Positions 52,906-63,321 of a stretch of DNA of 64,000 nucleotides are shown piece by piece (positions within the stretch are counted from its first letter, which is position 1; the number at the start of each line of letters is the position of its first letter). This DNA comes from an uncultured virus (IMG/VR IMGVR_UViG_3300017998_000010). Lineage: Duplodnaviria > Heunggongvirae > Uroviricota > Caudoviricetes. The stretch spans positions 1 to 64,000 of the IMG/VR virus record IMGVR_UViG_3300017998_000010; one strand, written 5' to 3'. The position numbers were made by a program, and so were the translations under genes. The notes under the pieces were generated by a model, which saw nothing but the letters and a program-made list of their open reading frames with translations, made no database searches and had not been told where the DNA came from.

Positions 52906-53464
52906 ACAGGTAATTGATGAAGTTGTAAAATATTTACCAGAAACGAATATAATTCTTATAAAAGATATTGCAAATGCAATTTTCATCAGGGCACACCGTT
53001 TTAATGCTACGGTGTGGTTAGTTGGTAATGGTGGTTCGTCAGCAACGATGAGTCACTTAGCATCAGACCTTACAAACCTTGGAATACAAGCAATCTGCAT
53101 AACAGATAATGTCCCCTCCCTCACAGCCAAGATAAATGATGATGGTTGGGATGATGTTTACTCTTCCGTTGTCAAGGGTAGGATCAAGAATGGTGACATT
53201 CTCATTATGGCTAGTGTGAATGGTTCAAGTGGCAAGAGTCCGAATGATGAGTTGTGGAGTTCTAATTTGTTTAATTTAGCAAAGTATTTTAAATCTATGC
53301 ACGGTTATAGATATGCTTTTATAGGCAATAATGGTGGTAATTTAAAAGAGTTATGTGATATTTCACTCTGTGTAGATACAAGAAATCCTTATATAGTTGA
53401 GGGAATACATAGTGTCTTAGCACATGCATTAGTATCGGAAATAAATGTATTGAAGGTAACATGA
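52895..53464 (+). CDS. gmhA: Phosphoheptose (sedoheptulose-7-P) isomerase, SIS domain
   Basis: GNGGSSA..SH...D, LTAKIND, EGIH...H. Confidence 0.85.
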   Translation: MTARQVIDEVVKYLPETNIILIKDIANAIFIRAHRFNATVWLVGNGGSSATMSHLASDLTNLGIQAICITDNVPSLTAKINDDGWDDVYSSVVKGRIKNGDILIMASVNGSSGKSPNDELWSSNLFNLAKYFKSMHGYRYAFIGNNGGNLKELCDISLCVDTRNPYIVEGIHSVLAHALVSEINVLKVT

Positions 53465-53868
53465 TGTCGATAACAAAAATAACAGAAGATATATTTATAG
53501 GAAACGATAAATATACTTTAGACGATCTTAGAAGTAATAATATTTGTTTCGTTATAAATGTGGGTGGAAGTGATACAGGATTTGAGGATTATAAGTTCCA
53601 TCTAGTGGATGGTCACAATCCTATTAAGCACTATAATCTAGTCTTGAAGAAGATTAGAGAACAAGTTAATAAAAGAAAGAGAATACTAATTCATTGTCGT
53701 GAAGGTAAGTCTCGTTCAGCGTTTGTGGTCGCACTATATCTAGCTAGACACGAAAAAATAACAGTTCTAACTGCTATAGATATGATTACTAAACTGAACA
53801 AAAAGACTGAGATAAATGAAGAAATGTTAAAAACGTATATGGAGGATGTTGGGCTATATTATACTTAG
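53461..53868 (+). CDS. Dual-specificity (CX5R) phosphatase
   Basis: IHCREGKSRS. Confidence 0.9.
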   Translation: MMSITKITEDIFIGNDKYTLDDLRSNNICFVINVGGSDTGFEDYKFHLVDGHNPIKHYNLVLKKIREQVNKRKRILIHCREGKSRSAFVVALYLARHEKITVLTAIDMITKLNKKTEINEEMLKTYMEDVGLYYT

Positions 53869-54533
53869 ATTCGGCAGACTTGAAAGAGATAGATGAGATT
53901 CTTAGCCTTGGTTTATGTGATGGTATTACAACCAACCCAAGTCTAATGGCAAAATCTGGTGTGAAAGACATACAGAAGATGATACATGATATATGTCAAT
54001 ATGATATATATGATGTATCTGTTGAGTTGATTGATCCATTTTTATCTATAGATAAACTTGTTGATGAAGCAACAGAATACTATATGTGTTGTATGGAAAA
54101 GGTAGTAGTAAAAGTACCTATGATTGATACTCGCACATCAGAATTAATAAATGCTTTAAAAAGAAAACATATTCCAGTAAATCTAACATGTCTAATGTCT
54201 GCTTATCAGGCTATCATTGGTCTTGAGTCAGAACCATATTATATCTCCCTTTTCTACAGGAGAATGATTGATTTCAAGAACTTTGATTACGCAAAGGAAC
54301 AGATCAGAATAACAGCCGAATATTTACAGAGATTTGGTAGTGGTGATAGACCACTCCTAATCTGTGGAAGTATCAGAAGTCCAGAGGATGTTCAGGTCTG
54401 TATGGATAGCGGTGCTGATATTGTAACAGTTCCGTACAAAGTCCTAAATGAGATGTACAAACATCCCAAAACAGAGGAAGCTGTAAAAGAATTCACTGAA
54501 AAATGGAAAACAGCTTTAAAACCAGTTGTGTAA
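53856..54533 (+). CDS. tal: Transaldolase (TalC/FSA family), probable ATA start
   Basis: LYLDSAD upstream of the track start; GITTNPSL, VVVKVP, GSIR, GADIVTVP, HPKT. Confidence 0.88.
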   Translation: MLYLDSADLKEIDEILSLGLCDGITTNPSLMAKSGVKDIQKMIHDICQYDIYDVSVELIDPFLSIDKLVDEATEYYMCCMEKVVVKVPMIDTRTSELINALKRKHIPVNLTCLMSAYQAIIGLESEPYYISLFYRRMIDFKNFDYAKEQIRITAEYLQRFGSGDRPLLICGSIRSPEDVQVCMDSGADIVTVPYKVLNEMYKHPKTEEAVKEFTEKWKTALKPVV

Positions 54534-54801
54534 GATAAAATGTCAATCAACATAGACAAAAAACAAATATTTCATATATCTGTCTATGTAGATGTAATTT
54601 CTATTCTTTTTTGTTTCATGGTTTTTTGTCCAATGGGTTATACAACGGCTGTGATACAAACCGAACCTGCTAGGACACTGTGTGCTTTAAGTTATAACCC
54701 AATAATACAAACAATTCTTATTATAACGATTTTATATACAATAATTTTGGTGGTATATGATGATTATTTCTCAAAGAATTCAATTTTGAGAGGTAATTAA
54801 A

Positions 54802-56001
54802 ATGTCTGAATGTTCACTCTGTACTATTCCTCAACGAGAAAAACTTATTTACACAGATGAATTAGTATATGTTGTGGAAACTAAAGATAAGAAAGGGCAT
54901 AAAATTCGTCTGATGTCCAGCATAATTAGACACTCTGATAAACCTACTTTTGAAGAACAGATACGTGTCAAAGCCAAGCTCATAGAATACATGAACAAGT
55001 ATGTCGGTATCAAGCCTTGGTATTTCTGTGATTCTACACACTGCTCAATACCAGAACACTATCATTTTGTTGCCTGTGATGCAGAATCAACCGATCCAGA
55101 GGAAATGGCACTATTAGATAATACACTAAAAGTGAAGTTTCCATTAGGTCATAATATCCTGATTGGTATTCCTGCATATAATGAACAGGATAACATTAAA
55201 GATGTAGTAAAAGAGTCCAAGAAATATGGTGATGTTCTTGTTGTTTCCAATGGATCAACAGATGGAACAGCTTTTCTTGCAAAATCTTATGGTGCTAAGG
55301 TTCTAGAATTTGATTGGTCTGGATATGGCAGAGCTTTACAAGAAATCTTCAAATATGCTAAGGTTAATGATTATGATGTCCTCATTACGCTTGATGGAGA
55401 TGGACAGCATGATCCTAATGAAATTCCAAAGTTTTTAGATAAAATTCAAGATTCAGATATTGTTGTTGGTAATAGGTTTTCAGTAACAAATAATATGCCT
55501 TACCATAGAAGAGTTGTTGTTCAGGGAATTAATATGATCTATGGTATTGGTGATACTCAGTGCGGTTTCAGGGCATATAATAAATTTGCAATTGATAGGC
55601 TACATTTGACAGCAGATGGAATGGAAGCATCCCTTGAGATAATTAATAGGGCAAGAGAGAAGGGTTTAAACATAACAGATGTGCCATGTAATGTCACTTA
55701 TAACAAACCAGAACATCCCACAAAATTTATATATCAGGGTCTGACACTCATTGAGATAATATTCTGGGGTGCTGTATGGAATAGACCCTACACATATATT
55801 GGAATACCAACAGCCATCTTATTCTTAACATCATTATTCTCTGGTCTATACACGACAGGTTTATATCTCGAAACATTCAAACTCAATATATCTATGGCAC
55901 TCATCTGTGGTATAAGTTTTATAGCTTCTCTGATGCTGGGAACCATAACATTTATAATCAGTATGCAACGTAGATTAGTGAAAGAGTTGAATGTCAAATG
56001 A
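54802..56001 (+). CDS. HIT-like N-terminal domain fused to DPM1-like GT2 glycosyltransferase with C-terminal TMs
   Basis: CSLC...RH...SIPEHYHFV; IPAYNE, GSTDGT, LDGDGQH, DTQCGFRAY. Confidence 0.8.
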   Translation: MSECSLCTIPQREKLIYTDELVYVVETKDKKGHKIRLMSSIIRHSDKPTFEEQIRVKAKLIEYMNKYVGIKPWYFCDSTHCSIPEHYHFVACDAESTDPEEMALLDNTLKVKFPLGHNILIGIPAYNEQDNIKDVVKESKKYGDVLVVSNGSTDGTAFLAKSYGAKVLEFDWSGYGRALQEIFKYAKVNDYDVLITLDGDGQHDPNEIPKFLDKIQDSDIVVGNRFSVTNNMPYHRRVVVQGINMIYGIGDTQCGFRAYNKFAIDRLHLTADGMEASLEIINRAREKGLNITDVPCNVTYNKPEHPTKFIYQGLTLIEIIFWGAVWNRPYTYIGIPTAILFLTSLFSGLYTTGLYLETFKLNISMALICGISFIASLMLGTITFIISMQRRLVKELNVK

Positions 56002-56242
56002 GCAAAATTAACGATTTTTATTTTATTTTATTTATAACTGTTTCTACTGCCTTTGCTATATTAACGGTATCTTTTTTGGGTGGATTGTTTGTTGGATCGC
56101 AAGAATTATTTAATACAATGCTTATAACTAATGATGCTGTTGAAATTGTTTGCGGGTTTATTTCAATACCATTCATTTTTATGTATGGTTATATTTTATT
56201 TAAGTTTTGTGAAAAAATTGGTTTTAAGGAATTAAACATCAA

Positions 56243-57196
56243 ATGACCGACTTTACTTTAATTGTTACGGGTGGATCAGGATTTATCGGGTCAAACCTCT
56301 TGGATATGTTGGTTGAGAAATATAAAAAATACTATGATGTTAAAATAATATCTATTGACAAAAGACCACCTGACAAAATGTTCGATGATGTTGAATATAT
56401 TGTGGAAGATTTAGCCGATCCAGAATTCAAATATATAAATGAGAAACCAAGGGCTGTTATTCATTTGGCAGGTTCTCCTTGGTCAAAAGTCAAGGGTGAT
56501 CAGGGCTGGTTAGCAGAGGCAGATAATTGCTTCTATAATAACACGGTTGCAACATATAACGTTCTTTCAAAAATTCGACCAGAGAAAATTATATTTTCCT
56601 CTTCGGCTAATATATATGGTCAAGGCAGGAGAATGAGAGAGATACATCCCATTCAAATCTCAAGTCCGTATGGCTATTCAAAGTGGGTTTGTGAAGAGGA
56701 AATTAGGAAGTCTGGTATAGAGTATGTGATCTATAGATTCGGAACGGTTATTGGAATAAGAGGCAGAACCTTCCCTAATAGGCTTGTTTACTGTGCTGTG
56801 CATGGTATTCCAATAGAACTATTCAACAACGGAAAAGCCTATAGAGATTTAATATCCGTACATGATATTTGTAGGGCATTAATATCTGCCATATACATGC
56901 AGACCTGTGAACCGTTTGAGAATACATATAATGTCTCGATGGGGATGGAGGTAAGTGGTTCGACAATAGCGGAAATTGTTGCAAGGACAGCCACAAAATA
57001 TGGTTATAAACTTGATTATTCCAAGACACCGTTTGCACCAAATGGATATGTGCTAGAATCTACGCTAAATATTGAAAAAATATACAAACGTTTCGGCTGG
57101 AAACCAGAGAAGAATGTCTCAACTGTGTTGGATGAACTTTTCAAGTATTATGTGGAACCAGATGCAAAAATCCCCCCAGCTTGGGAGAGTTTATAA
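56243..57196 (+). CDS. NAD-dependent nucleotide-sugar epimerase/dehydratase (extended SDR)
   Basis: VTGGSGFIG, FSSSA, YGYSK. Confidence 0.9.
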   Translation: MTDFTLIVTGGSGFIGSNLLDMLVEKYKKYYDVKIISIDKRPPDKMFDDVEYIVEDLADPEFKYINEKPRAVIHLAGSPWSKVKGDQGWLAEADNCFYNNTVATYNVLSKIRPEKIIFSSSANIYGQGRRMREIHPIQISSPYGYSKWVCEEEIRKSGIEYVIYRFGTVIGIRGRTFPNRLVYCAVHGIPIELFNNGKAYRDLISVHDICRALISAIYMQTCEPFENTYNVSMGMEVSGSTIAEIVARTATKYGYKLDYSKTPFAPNGYVLESTLNIEKIYKRFGWKPEKNVSTVLDELFKYYVEPDAKIPPAWESL

Positions 57197-57667
57197 ATAT
57201 GGTATTTGAAAATAGAAAAATCGACCCACTTTTTACATGGTTTTCAGCATTAATATTGATTATTGTAATAATCATACTCATGGCTATAGGAAGGTTTACT
57301 AATTGAGTATCGTAGGTGATCCACCAAATCCAGTATCATTATATATGTTTTCTATACTCATATTGGTTGCTGGAATTGTAGATTTTATAAGTCCAGAGAA
57401 ACATTTAGGTACGTTTTTATTAACAATAGGTGGTTTGGGTTTTATCCTTATTTATTTTATATTTCGTAATGATGAGTACAATCTTGAACCACCAACAATC
57501 AAAGAATTTGTCATTGGTTGTGGGCTTTTAACAATTTCTGCAATTACATATTTTGTGCCTTGGTTAAGATTAACATCTCTTGTCCTTATAGGATTTGGTG
57601 CATATACTAGTGGTGTTTGGATTTGGATTTTTTGGGAAATACACTTTGGAAAGGAGAAAGGTAAAAA

Positions 57668-59023
57668 TTGAAAGTTCTTTTATTGAACCCACCGGGAGAA
57701 GCAATAAGAACGGGAAGGCTAGTTCGTAAATCAAAGATTAGTACACAATCATGGTATCCTATCCATCTTGCGTATGCTACTGGAACACTAGAGAAATTTG
57801 GACATGAATGTTATTTATATGATGCTTCTGTGAAAAAAGATTCGTGTTTAGACGTTAAGTTTCTTGTTAATAGTCTGAAACCAGAAGCCATAGCCTATTT
57901 CTGGGCATATGATACGGCAGAATCCGATCTTTCATTCGCTAATGAATTGGGTAAGGATTACCATGTAACTCTCGTTGGTCCTTGGTCTGCTCATATGCCC
58001 GATGCTCTAGATAAATGCCCAAACGTTAATGAAATGACTTTCGGAAATTTTGAATACACGTTACAAGACCTTTATACAGATGAGCCAAAGAGATTAATAC
58101 AAGGTCTAAAATATAGAGAAGGTAAAGATATTCTCTTCAATCCACAGGCTGAACCGTATACACAGGAAGAATTTGATTGGATGCCTTTCGTTACAAAGGT
58201 TTATGCTGAACACTTAGACTTTTTTGATTATCATCAGACAAGTTTCAGGTATCCGTTTATTGATTTATTTTCAGCTTTAAGTTGCCCTCACCGTTGTGCG
58301 TTTTGTAGTTGGACAAATGGTTGTGATCTCTTACATCCAAAGCGTTATGTACAGCGTAGCATCAAGAATGTGATGGAAGAACTTTGGTATGTCAAAAATG
58401 AACTTCCACAGATCAAACAACTTTTCTTTCAAGATTCAACACTTATTGGATCAAGGGCAAGGGAAATCAGTCTTACAATGCTCAGTGAAGGACTCAAATT
58501 GTGTTGGGGTTGCTATTCACGTGCTGATAAGGATTATGATACACTGAGACTGATGAAAGATGCTGGTTGCCGGACTTTGCACGTTGGCTATGAAGTTCCA
58601 ATTCAGAGCTATTTAGATGAGATGAAAAAGGATATTACAGTCAAACAGGAAGCACAATTTATCAAGGATGTCAACAAGCTCAAGCTCTGGACTTCCTCTA
58701 GTTTTATGATCTTCCCTTGGATGTCGAAAGCTGATATAAGATATATGGTCAAATGGATAAAGGATAACGGTGCTACCCGTATTAATGTGGCACAATTGCA
58801 GGAGTATCCAAACACGACTATAGTTGATGTTAGAAAGGCACATCAAGACATGCCGGGAACGTATATGATGAACTTTGAGGAAATGAAGAAATGGGAGCAA
58901 TACTGTTTTAACGAATTCTATATCAAAAACCCAAAGTTCTGGTGGAATGTTGCCACAAACCCAAGAGAGTGGGTTAATGTTTTCAACGATGCCAAAGGTA
59001 TGGTGGGATTCTTATTTGAATGA
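57668..59023 (+). CDS. B12-binding radical SAM enzyme (HpnJ-like)
   Basis: VLLLNPP...WYPIHLAY; SCPHRCAFC; FFQDST; HVGYE. Confidence 0.85.
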   Translation: MKVLLLNPPGEAIRTGRLVRKSKISTQSWYPIHLAYATGTLEKFGHECYLYDASVKKDSCLDVKFLVNSLKPEAIAYFWAYDTAESDLSFANELGKDYHVTLVGPWSAHMPDALDKCPNVNEMTFGNFEYTLQDLYTDEPKRLIQGLKYREGKDILFNPQAEPYTQEEFDWMPFVTKVYAEHLDFFDYHQTSFRYPFIDLFSALSCPHRCAFCSWTNGCDLLHPKRYVQRSIKNVMEELWYVKNELPQIKQLFFQDSTLIGSRAREISLTMLSEGLKLCWGCYSRADKDYDTLRLMKDAGCRTLHVGYEVPIQSYLDEMKKDITVKQEAQFIKDVNKLKLWTSSSFMIFPWMSKADIRYMVKWIKDNGATRINVAQLQEYPNTTIVDVRKAHQDMPGTYMMNFEEMKKWEQYCFNEFYIKNPKFWWNVATNPREWVNVFNDAKGMVGFLFE

Positions 59024-59717
59024 TATAACAACCACAGAAAAACACATACTAAGTGTTCTATATATATTACATAAAAAGTCAATTCCACCAGTATTTATTG
59101 TATCCATTCTGGGGTTTTTGAATAGAAAATATAAAGATCAAAGATTAGTGATATATTTTTATAAGAAGTATTTTAACATAGAAATAGGCAGATATACATA
59201 TGGTGTTATACAGTTACTTAATTCTGAATATCATACACTTAAAAGCATAGGAAATTTCTGTGCAATAGCACGTAATTTGGTTCTTGCTGGATATGATCAT
59301 CCAATCCACAGATTTACTACACACCCAATAACAACCGAACGTAAATATGGTTTTATTGAAAAAGAGTTAGCTGAAGAATATCTCCAAGAAAGTAATCTAA
59401 TTACAATTGGAAATGATGTTTGGATAGGTTCAAATGTGATAATTCTGCCACCTGTAAATATATCCACAGGTGCTGTTATCGGTGCTGGTGCTGTTGTCAC
59501 CAAGGATGTTCCACCATATGCGGTTGTTGTTGGTGTTCCAGCGAAGGTTATTAAATATAGGTTTTCACAAAAGACCATAGATATGTTGCTTAAATCTGAA
59601 TGGTGGAATATGGAAGATTCAAAGATATGTGAAATATGTAGTATCTTATATCATAAAGAAAACAAGATGGATAGTGATTATGAGGGTGCAATACAAAAAT
59701 GTTTTTCAACTCTTTAA
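58947..59717 (+). CDS. Hexapeptide-repeat O-acetyltransferase (CatB/Vat-like; real start probably near 59016)
   Basis: IGRYTY, IGNDVWIG, GAVIGAGAVVTKDVPPYAVVVGVPAK. Confidence 0.88.
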   Translation: MLPQTQESGLMFSTMPKVWWDSYLNDITTTEKHILSVLYILHKKSIPPVFIVSILGFLNRKYKDQRLVIYFYKKYFNIEIGRYTYGVIQLLNSEYHTLKSIGNFCAIARNLVLAGYDHPIHRFTTHPITTERKYGFIEKELAEEYLQESNLITIGNDVWIGSNVIILPPVNISTGAVIGAGAVVTKDVPPYAVVVGVPAKVIKYRFSQKTIDMLLKSEWWNMEDSKICEICSILYHKENKMDSDYEGAIQKCFSTL

Positions 59718-59729
59718 AAACAAGAAAAG

Positions 59730-60446
59730 GTGAATACAATGAATAAAATAAAAACAAAGTATCTATTATCAAATCCACTTGTTCTTGCATCTTATATTGT
59801 CACCAAACCCAGAACATACAGATTAACGTCTAAATTCAAGTGTGTTGTTAGTGATTTTAATTATAGATATATGTTAGGAGATTGTGGACCTGTTTGGTAT
59901 GATTGTTGTGAGTATATATATGCTCTAGTCAGAGAATATAAACCAGAAATAGTTGTTGAAACGGGTATTAATAGCGGCTTTTCCTCTTATTTTATATTAA
60001 GGGCACTTCACGATAATAACATGGGAAAATTATACTCTATTGACCCAGATGAGTTTTGTTTAGGTATAGGTAGATTGGCAGGTGATCGTAACTCAAGTGA
60101 AACAGGTAAGAAAATTGGTTGGTTTGTTCCAGATGAACTAAAGGATAGATGGGAAATAGTGCGTGGTCTTAGCAGTGATGTTTTGGTTCCTCTGTTGGAT
60201 AGACTAGGTTCAATAGATATGTTCTTACATGATAGTGAACATAGTTACGAAGTTATGTCATTTGAATACAATACCGCTTGGAAATATCTGAAATCTGGTG
60301 GTATATTGCTTTCAGATGATGTATTACACACACCAGCATTTAAGGAATTTTCGTCTGGTAAAAACAGTAATATTTATTATTTTAGGCTTGGAGTAGTGAA
60401 GAAAGTCAAAGCACCACTATATTCCATCGTTGATAGTGTAAGGTGA
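59730..60446 (+). CDS. Class I SAM methyltransferase (Methyltransf_24-like)
   Basis: VVETGINSGFSS, FLHDSEHSY, GGILLSDD. Confidence 0.85.
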   Translation: MNTMNKIKTKYLLSNPLVLASYIVTKPRTYRLTSKFKCVVSDFNYRYMLGDCGPVWYDCCEYIYALVREYKPEIVVETGINSGFSSYFILRALHDNNMGKLYSIDPDEFCLGIGRLAGDRNSSETGKKIGWFVPDELKDRWEIVRGLSSDVLVPLLDRLGSIDMFLHDSEHSYEVMSFEYNTAWKYLKSGGILLSDDVLHTPAFKEFSSGKNSNIYYFRLGVVKKVKAPLYSIVDSVR

Positions 60447-61087
60447 TGGTTGGTATGTCTATTGAAGATGTTGCAAGGTTATGGGAAGAGGAATGGATAA
60501 AATCAGCCGATATACATGAACACAGTTCCATTATTGGTAAATTCCTTCGTGTCCAGAGAATGGGAATAATAAGAAAAATGTTAAAATCAATATCTAAAGA
60601 ACTATCAGCAATTGATGTAGGTTGTGGAAGTGGGGAAACATTACTACTCTTGCGAGATATAGGTTTTAAAAACTCAATCGGAATAGACATATCATCACAT
60701 GCAATGAGAAAATCAGAACTACATGGATTAACAGAAAATGTAGATGTTTTCAGAAAAGATGGTTCCAATACAGGCTATCCAGATAGAAAGTTTGATTTTA
60801 TGTTTTCTGAGGGTTTGTGGGAACATTTTAAAGACCCACTACCGTTCATAAAAGAAGGTTGCCGAATCTCAGATAAGTGGTTAATGATAGTTCAACCAAA
60901 CCATTTTTCTTTCTTTGGTGGTCTACTTAATTGGGGTTGGGAACACTTTAGTCAGCAGGGTGTACATGAATATTCATTCCCTATGAGTTATTTCATAGAC
61001 AATGTTACAAGAAATGGGTTTACAATCATTGACAGAAGAGGAACATATTTAAATGAACAAAATGTTTTGTTTTTTAGAAGAGACTAA
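60443..61087 (+). CDS. Class I SAM methyltransferase
   Basis: IDVGCGSG, GIDIS, GLWEHF. Confidence 0.85.
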   Translation: MMVGMSIEDVARLWEEEWIKSADIHEHSSIIGKFLRVQRMGIIRKMLKSISKELSAIDVGCGSGETLLLLRDIGFKNSIGIDISSHAMRKSELHGLTENVDVFRKDGSNTGYPDRKFDFMFSEGLWEHFKDPLPFIKEGCRISDKWLMIVQPNHFSFFGGLLNWGWEHFSQQGVHEYSFPMSYFIDNVTRNGFTIIDRRGTYLNEQNVLFFRRD

Positions 61088-62624
61088 GGCTAAAATCAGC
61101 AAAACTAGCATATGGCTATTTATATTATCTATTGCAGGTATTTTTTACAGATCATATCCGCATCTTTATCTCATACCACGTTGGATTATTGAAGAGGAAG
61201 GATATGTATACACAATTCTTGACTTAATAAAAACAGGTACAACCTTTCGCCTTGGTTATCAACCTGTTTTAGAACAATACTTAGTATATTTTATCTACTT
61301 AATAACACACATTGATCCAACAATTTTATGCCAATATGTAAACCCAATCATCGGTGGATTGACAATAATTCCTATTTATTATATACTAAGAAAAATATCA
61401 ACCCAGAAAGTAGCACTTGTAGCAACAACACTATGGACATTTAGTGAAAATATGATATATAGATCGAGCATATTCAATAGTACAGAATCGTTAGGTTTCT
61501 TTTTTGCAATGCTTGCTCTTTATATGTATTTAAATACAAAAGATAAAGAACAAAGAAACAGCAAAATAAAATTCTTTTGTGGTTTCTTAGTGTTTATAGT
61601 AATATCAATGTATACACACATATTACCAGCAGTTTTTATTATAGGCTTGGTATTGTTAGATATTTTCTTAAATGGAAACTATAGACACAAAGTTTATGTA
61701 GCCGTTGTGTTATGTCTGGTTGTTTTATTTTTGATTTCATCATTAAATCCACATCAAGTAATGACATATTTTATTCTACCTAGTTCAATGTCATCACAAT
61801 TCAAATTATCTAATATATTTTTATACTCCATATCTGATTTATTACTTGGTGTGTCTATTTTCTTTGGTAGTGTTGTTATGGTTATATTATCATTAATATC
61901 AATATTGTTATATAAACCAAAGATAAATATTATGTTTGAATATTTATTTGGTTGTATTTTATTATTTGTCGTTAGTTGGTTATTCTATTCACCATATCTA
62001 ATTGCACCAACAAGAGTAATTTTTTATTTTATTTTACCATTATCATTCTTTACTTCTTTACTAATTAGCAAATTTAAAACAATATTGTCTATTATTTTTA
62101 TATTAATTATTATTACAACTATGATATTAACATCTATAAATGGTGCTAATACTATGTTATATATTAATAATGCAATGACATCGGATGAATATGAATTCTT
62201 AGGACACAGTTCAATTATACACAATACATATAATTTTACCGAATGGTGGACAGATGTACCAATGAAAAATTCACTTATATTTTACTCTTCAGACCTCAGA
62301 TTACCGTTGCTACAGGATAGTTTTTATACTATAGAAAATCAAAGAATTGAAGTAAATTTGAACTTAACTGTATCTACGACAAAAACAACAATAAATGCAA
62401 ATGAAACCACAACCGTAGAGATAATACCACCATTTTTTAAATATATCATTCTGAGTCCTAGAATGGAGAAATCTGCTTTCTTTTTCTTCAAAACCAAGTA
62501 TAGAACAGTTCAAATCAATCAACCAATTCCAGATATTTGGAAAGACTTACCTGATTGGAAATTAGTTGAAGAGTATAAAAACATAAAGATTTATAAATGG
62601 ATAGGAACAAGTATAGATGGATAG
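61053..62624 (+). CDS. Polytopic membrane protein, GT-C/oligosaccharyltransferase-like
   Basis: Many TM helices, acidic EEE in the first external loop, soluble C-terminal domain containing WWTD. Confidence 0.55.
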   Translation: MNKMFCFLEETKAKISKTSIWLFILSIAGIFYRSYPHLYLIPRWIIEEEGYVYTILDLIKTGTTFRLGYQPVLEQYLVYFIYLITHIDPTILCQYVNPIIGGLTIIPIYYILRKISTQKVALVATTLWTFSENMIYRSSIFNSTESLGFFFAMLALYMYLNTKDKEQRNSKIKFFCGFLVFIVISMYTHILPAVFIIGLVLLDIFLNGNYRHKVYVAVVLCLVVLFLISSLNPHQVMTYFILPSSMSSQFKLSNIFLYSISDLLLGVSIFFGSVVMVILSLISILLYKPKINIMFEYLFGCILLFVVSWLFYSPYLIAPTRVIFYFILPLSFFTSLLISKFKTILSIIFILIIITTMILTSINGANTMLYINNAMTSDEYEFLGHSSIIHNTYNFTEWWTDVPMKNSLIFYSSDLRLPLLQDSFYTIENQRIEVNLNLTVSTTKTTINANETTTVEIIPPFFKYIILSPRMEKSAFFFFKTKYRTVQINQPIPDIWKDLPDWKLVEEYKNIKIYKWIGTSIDG

Positions 62625-62650
62625 TATGGTGAAAATAAGGAGAGAATGAT

Positions 62651-63316
62651 ATGAATACAGATTTGATAGAAAGAGTAATAAAAAACAAATGGGAACATTC
62701 ACAAGAGTTAGAAAGAAAATATAATGAGGAAAATAAACCACAGAAATGGGGGGTTCCATATAGTTTCAAGTTTTGGGCAGACCTAATTGAGTTGAAAGAT
62801 TTTGATGGCTTAAATATAGAAGTTGGGTGTGGTTCTGATGGCTTTTGGAGATTTTCGGATAAAATAATTGGGACAGATTCACTAGATTTTAGCCAATATG
62901 GAAAGAATTTTATTCAAGCAAATGCTGAAAACCTACCTTTTGAGGATAACCATTTTAGAGATTGTTATGCCATGAATATGTTAGACCACACCGAACATCC
63001 GCAAAAAGCACTAAATGAAATGATTCGTGTTTCCACAAATAGAATTTATATTTTTTCAAATATTTTCTCACCCATTGTCAAACCAATAATGAATGAGTTT
63101 GATCAGATACACCCATATCATTTCACTGAGAAAGACTTGATCAGTCTTGTACCAGATACGGTTTTTATCTCAATGTCCAAGCGAAAGCTATTTGTAGAAT
63201 CTCTCACAGCAGGAATATTACTAAAATTGAAATTGGATTTTGCTCTATTATTAGGTACACACCGTTTATTGGTGCATCTGGACAAGAAAGACCCATTATT
63301 AATATATAAGAAGTGA
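62651..63316 (+). CDS. Class I SAM methyltransferase
   Basis: IEVGCGS, AENLPF, MLDH. Confidence 0.85.
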   Translation: MNTDLIERVIKNKWEHSQELERKYNEENKPQKWGVPYSFKFWADLIELKDFDGLNIEVGCGSDGFWRFSDKIIGTDSLDFSQYGKNFIQANAENLPFEDNHFRDCYAMNMLDHTEHPQKALNEMIRVSTNRIYIFSNIFSPIVKPIMNEFDQIHPYHFTEKDLISLVPDTVFISMSKRKLFVESLTAGILLKLKLDFALLLGTHRLLVHLDKKDPLLIYKK

Positions 63317-63321
63317 AAAAA

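Noticed and set aside
58947..59717. Antibiotic-resistance acetyltransferase (cat/vat)
   Set aside because: The hexapeptide fold is shared with sugar O-acetyltransferases, and the glycan-cluster context favours that role
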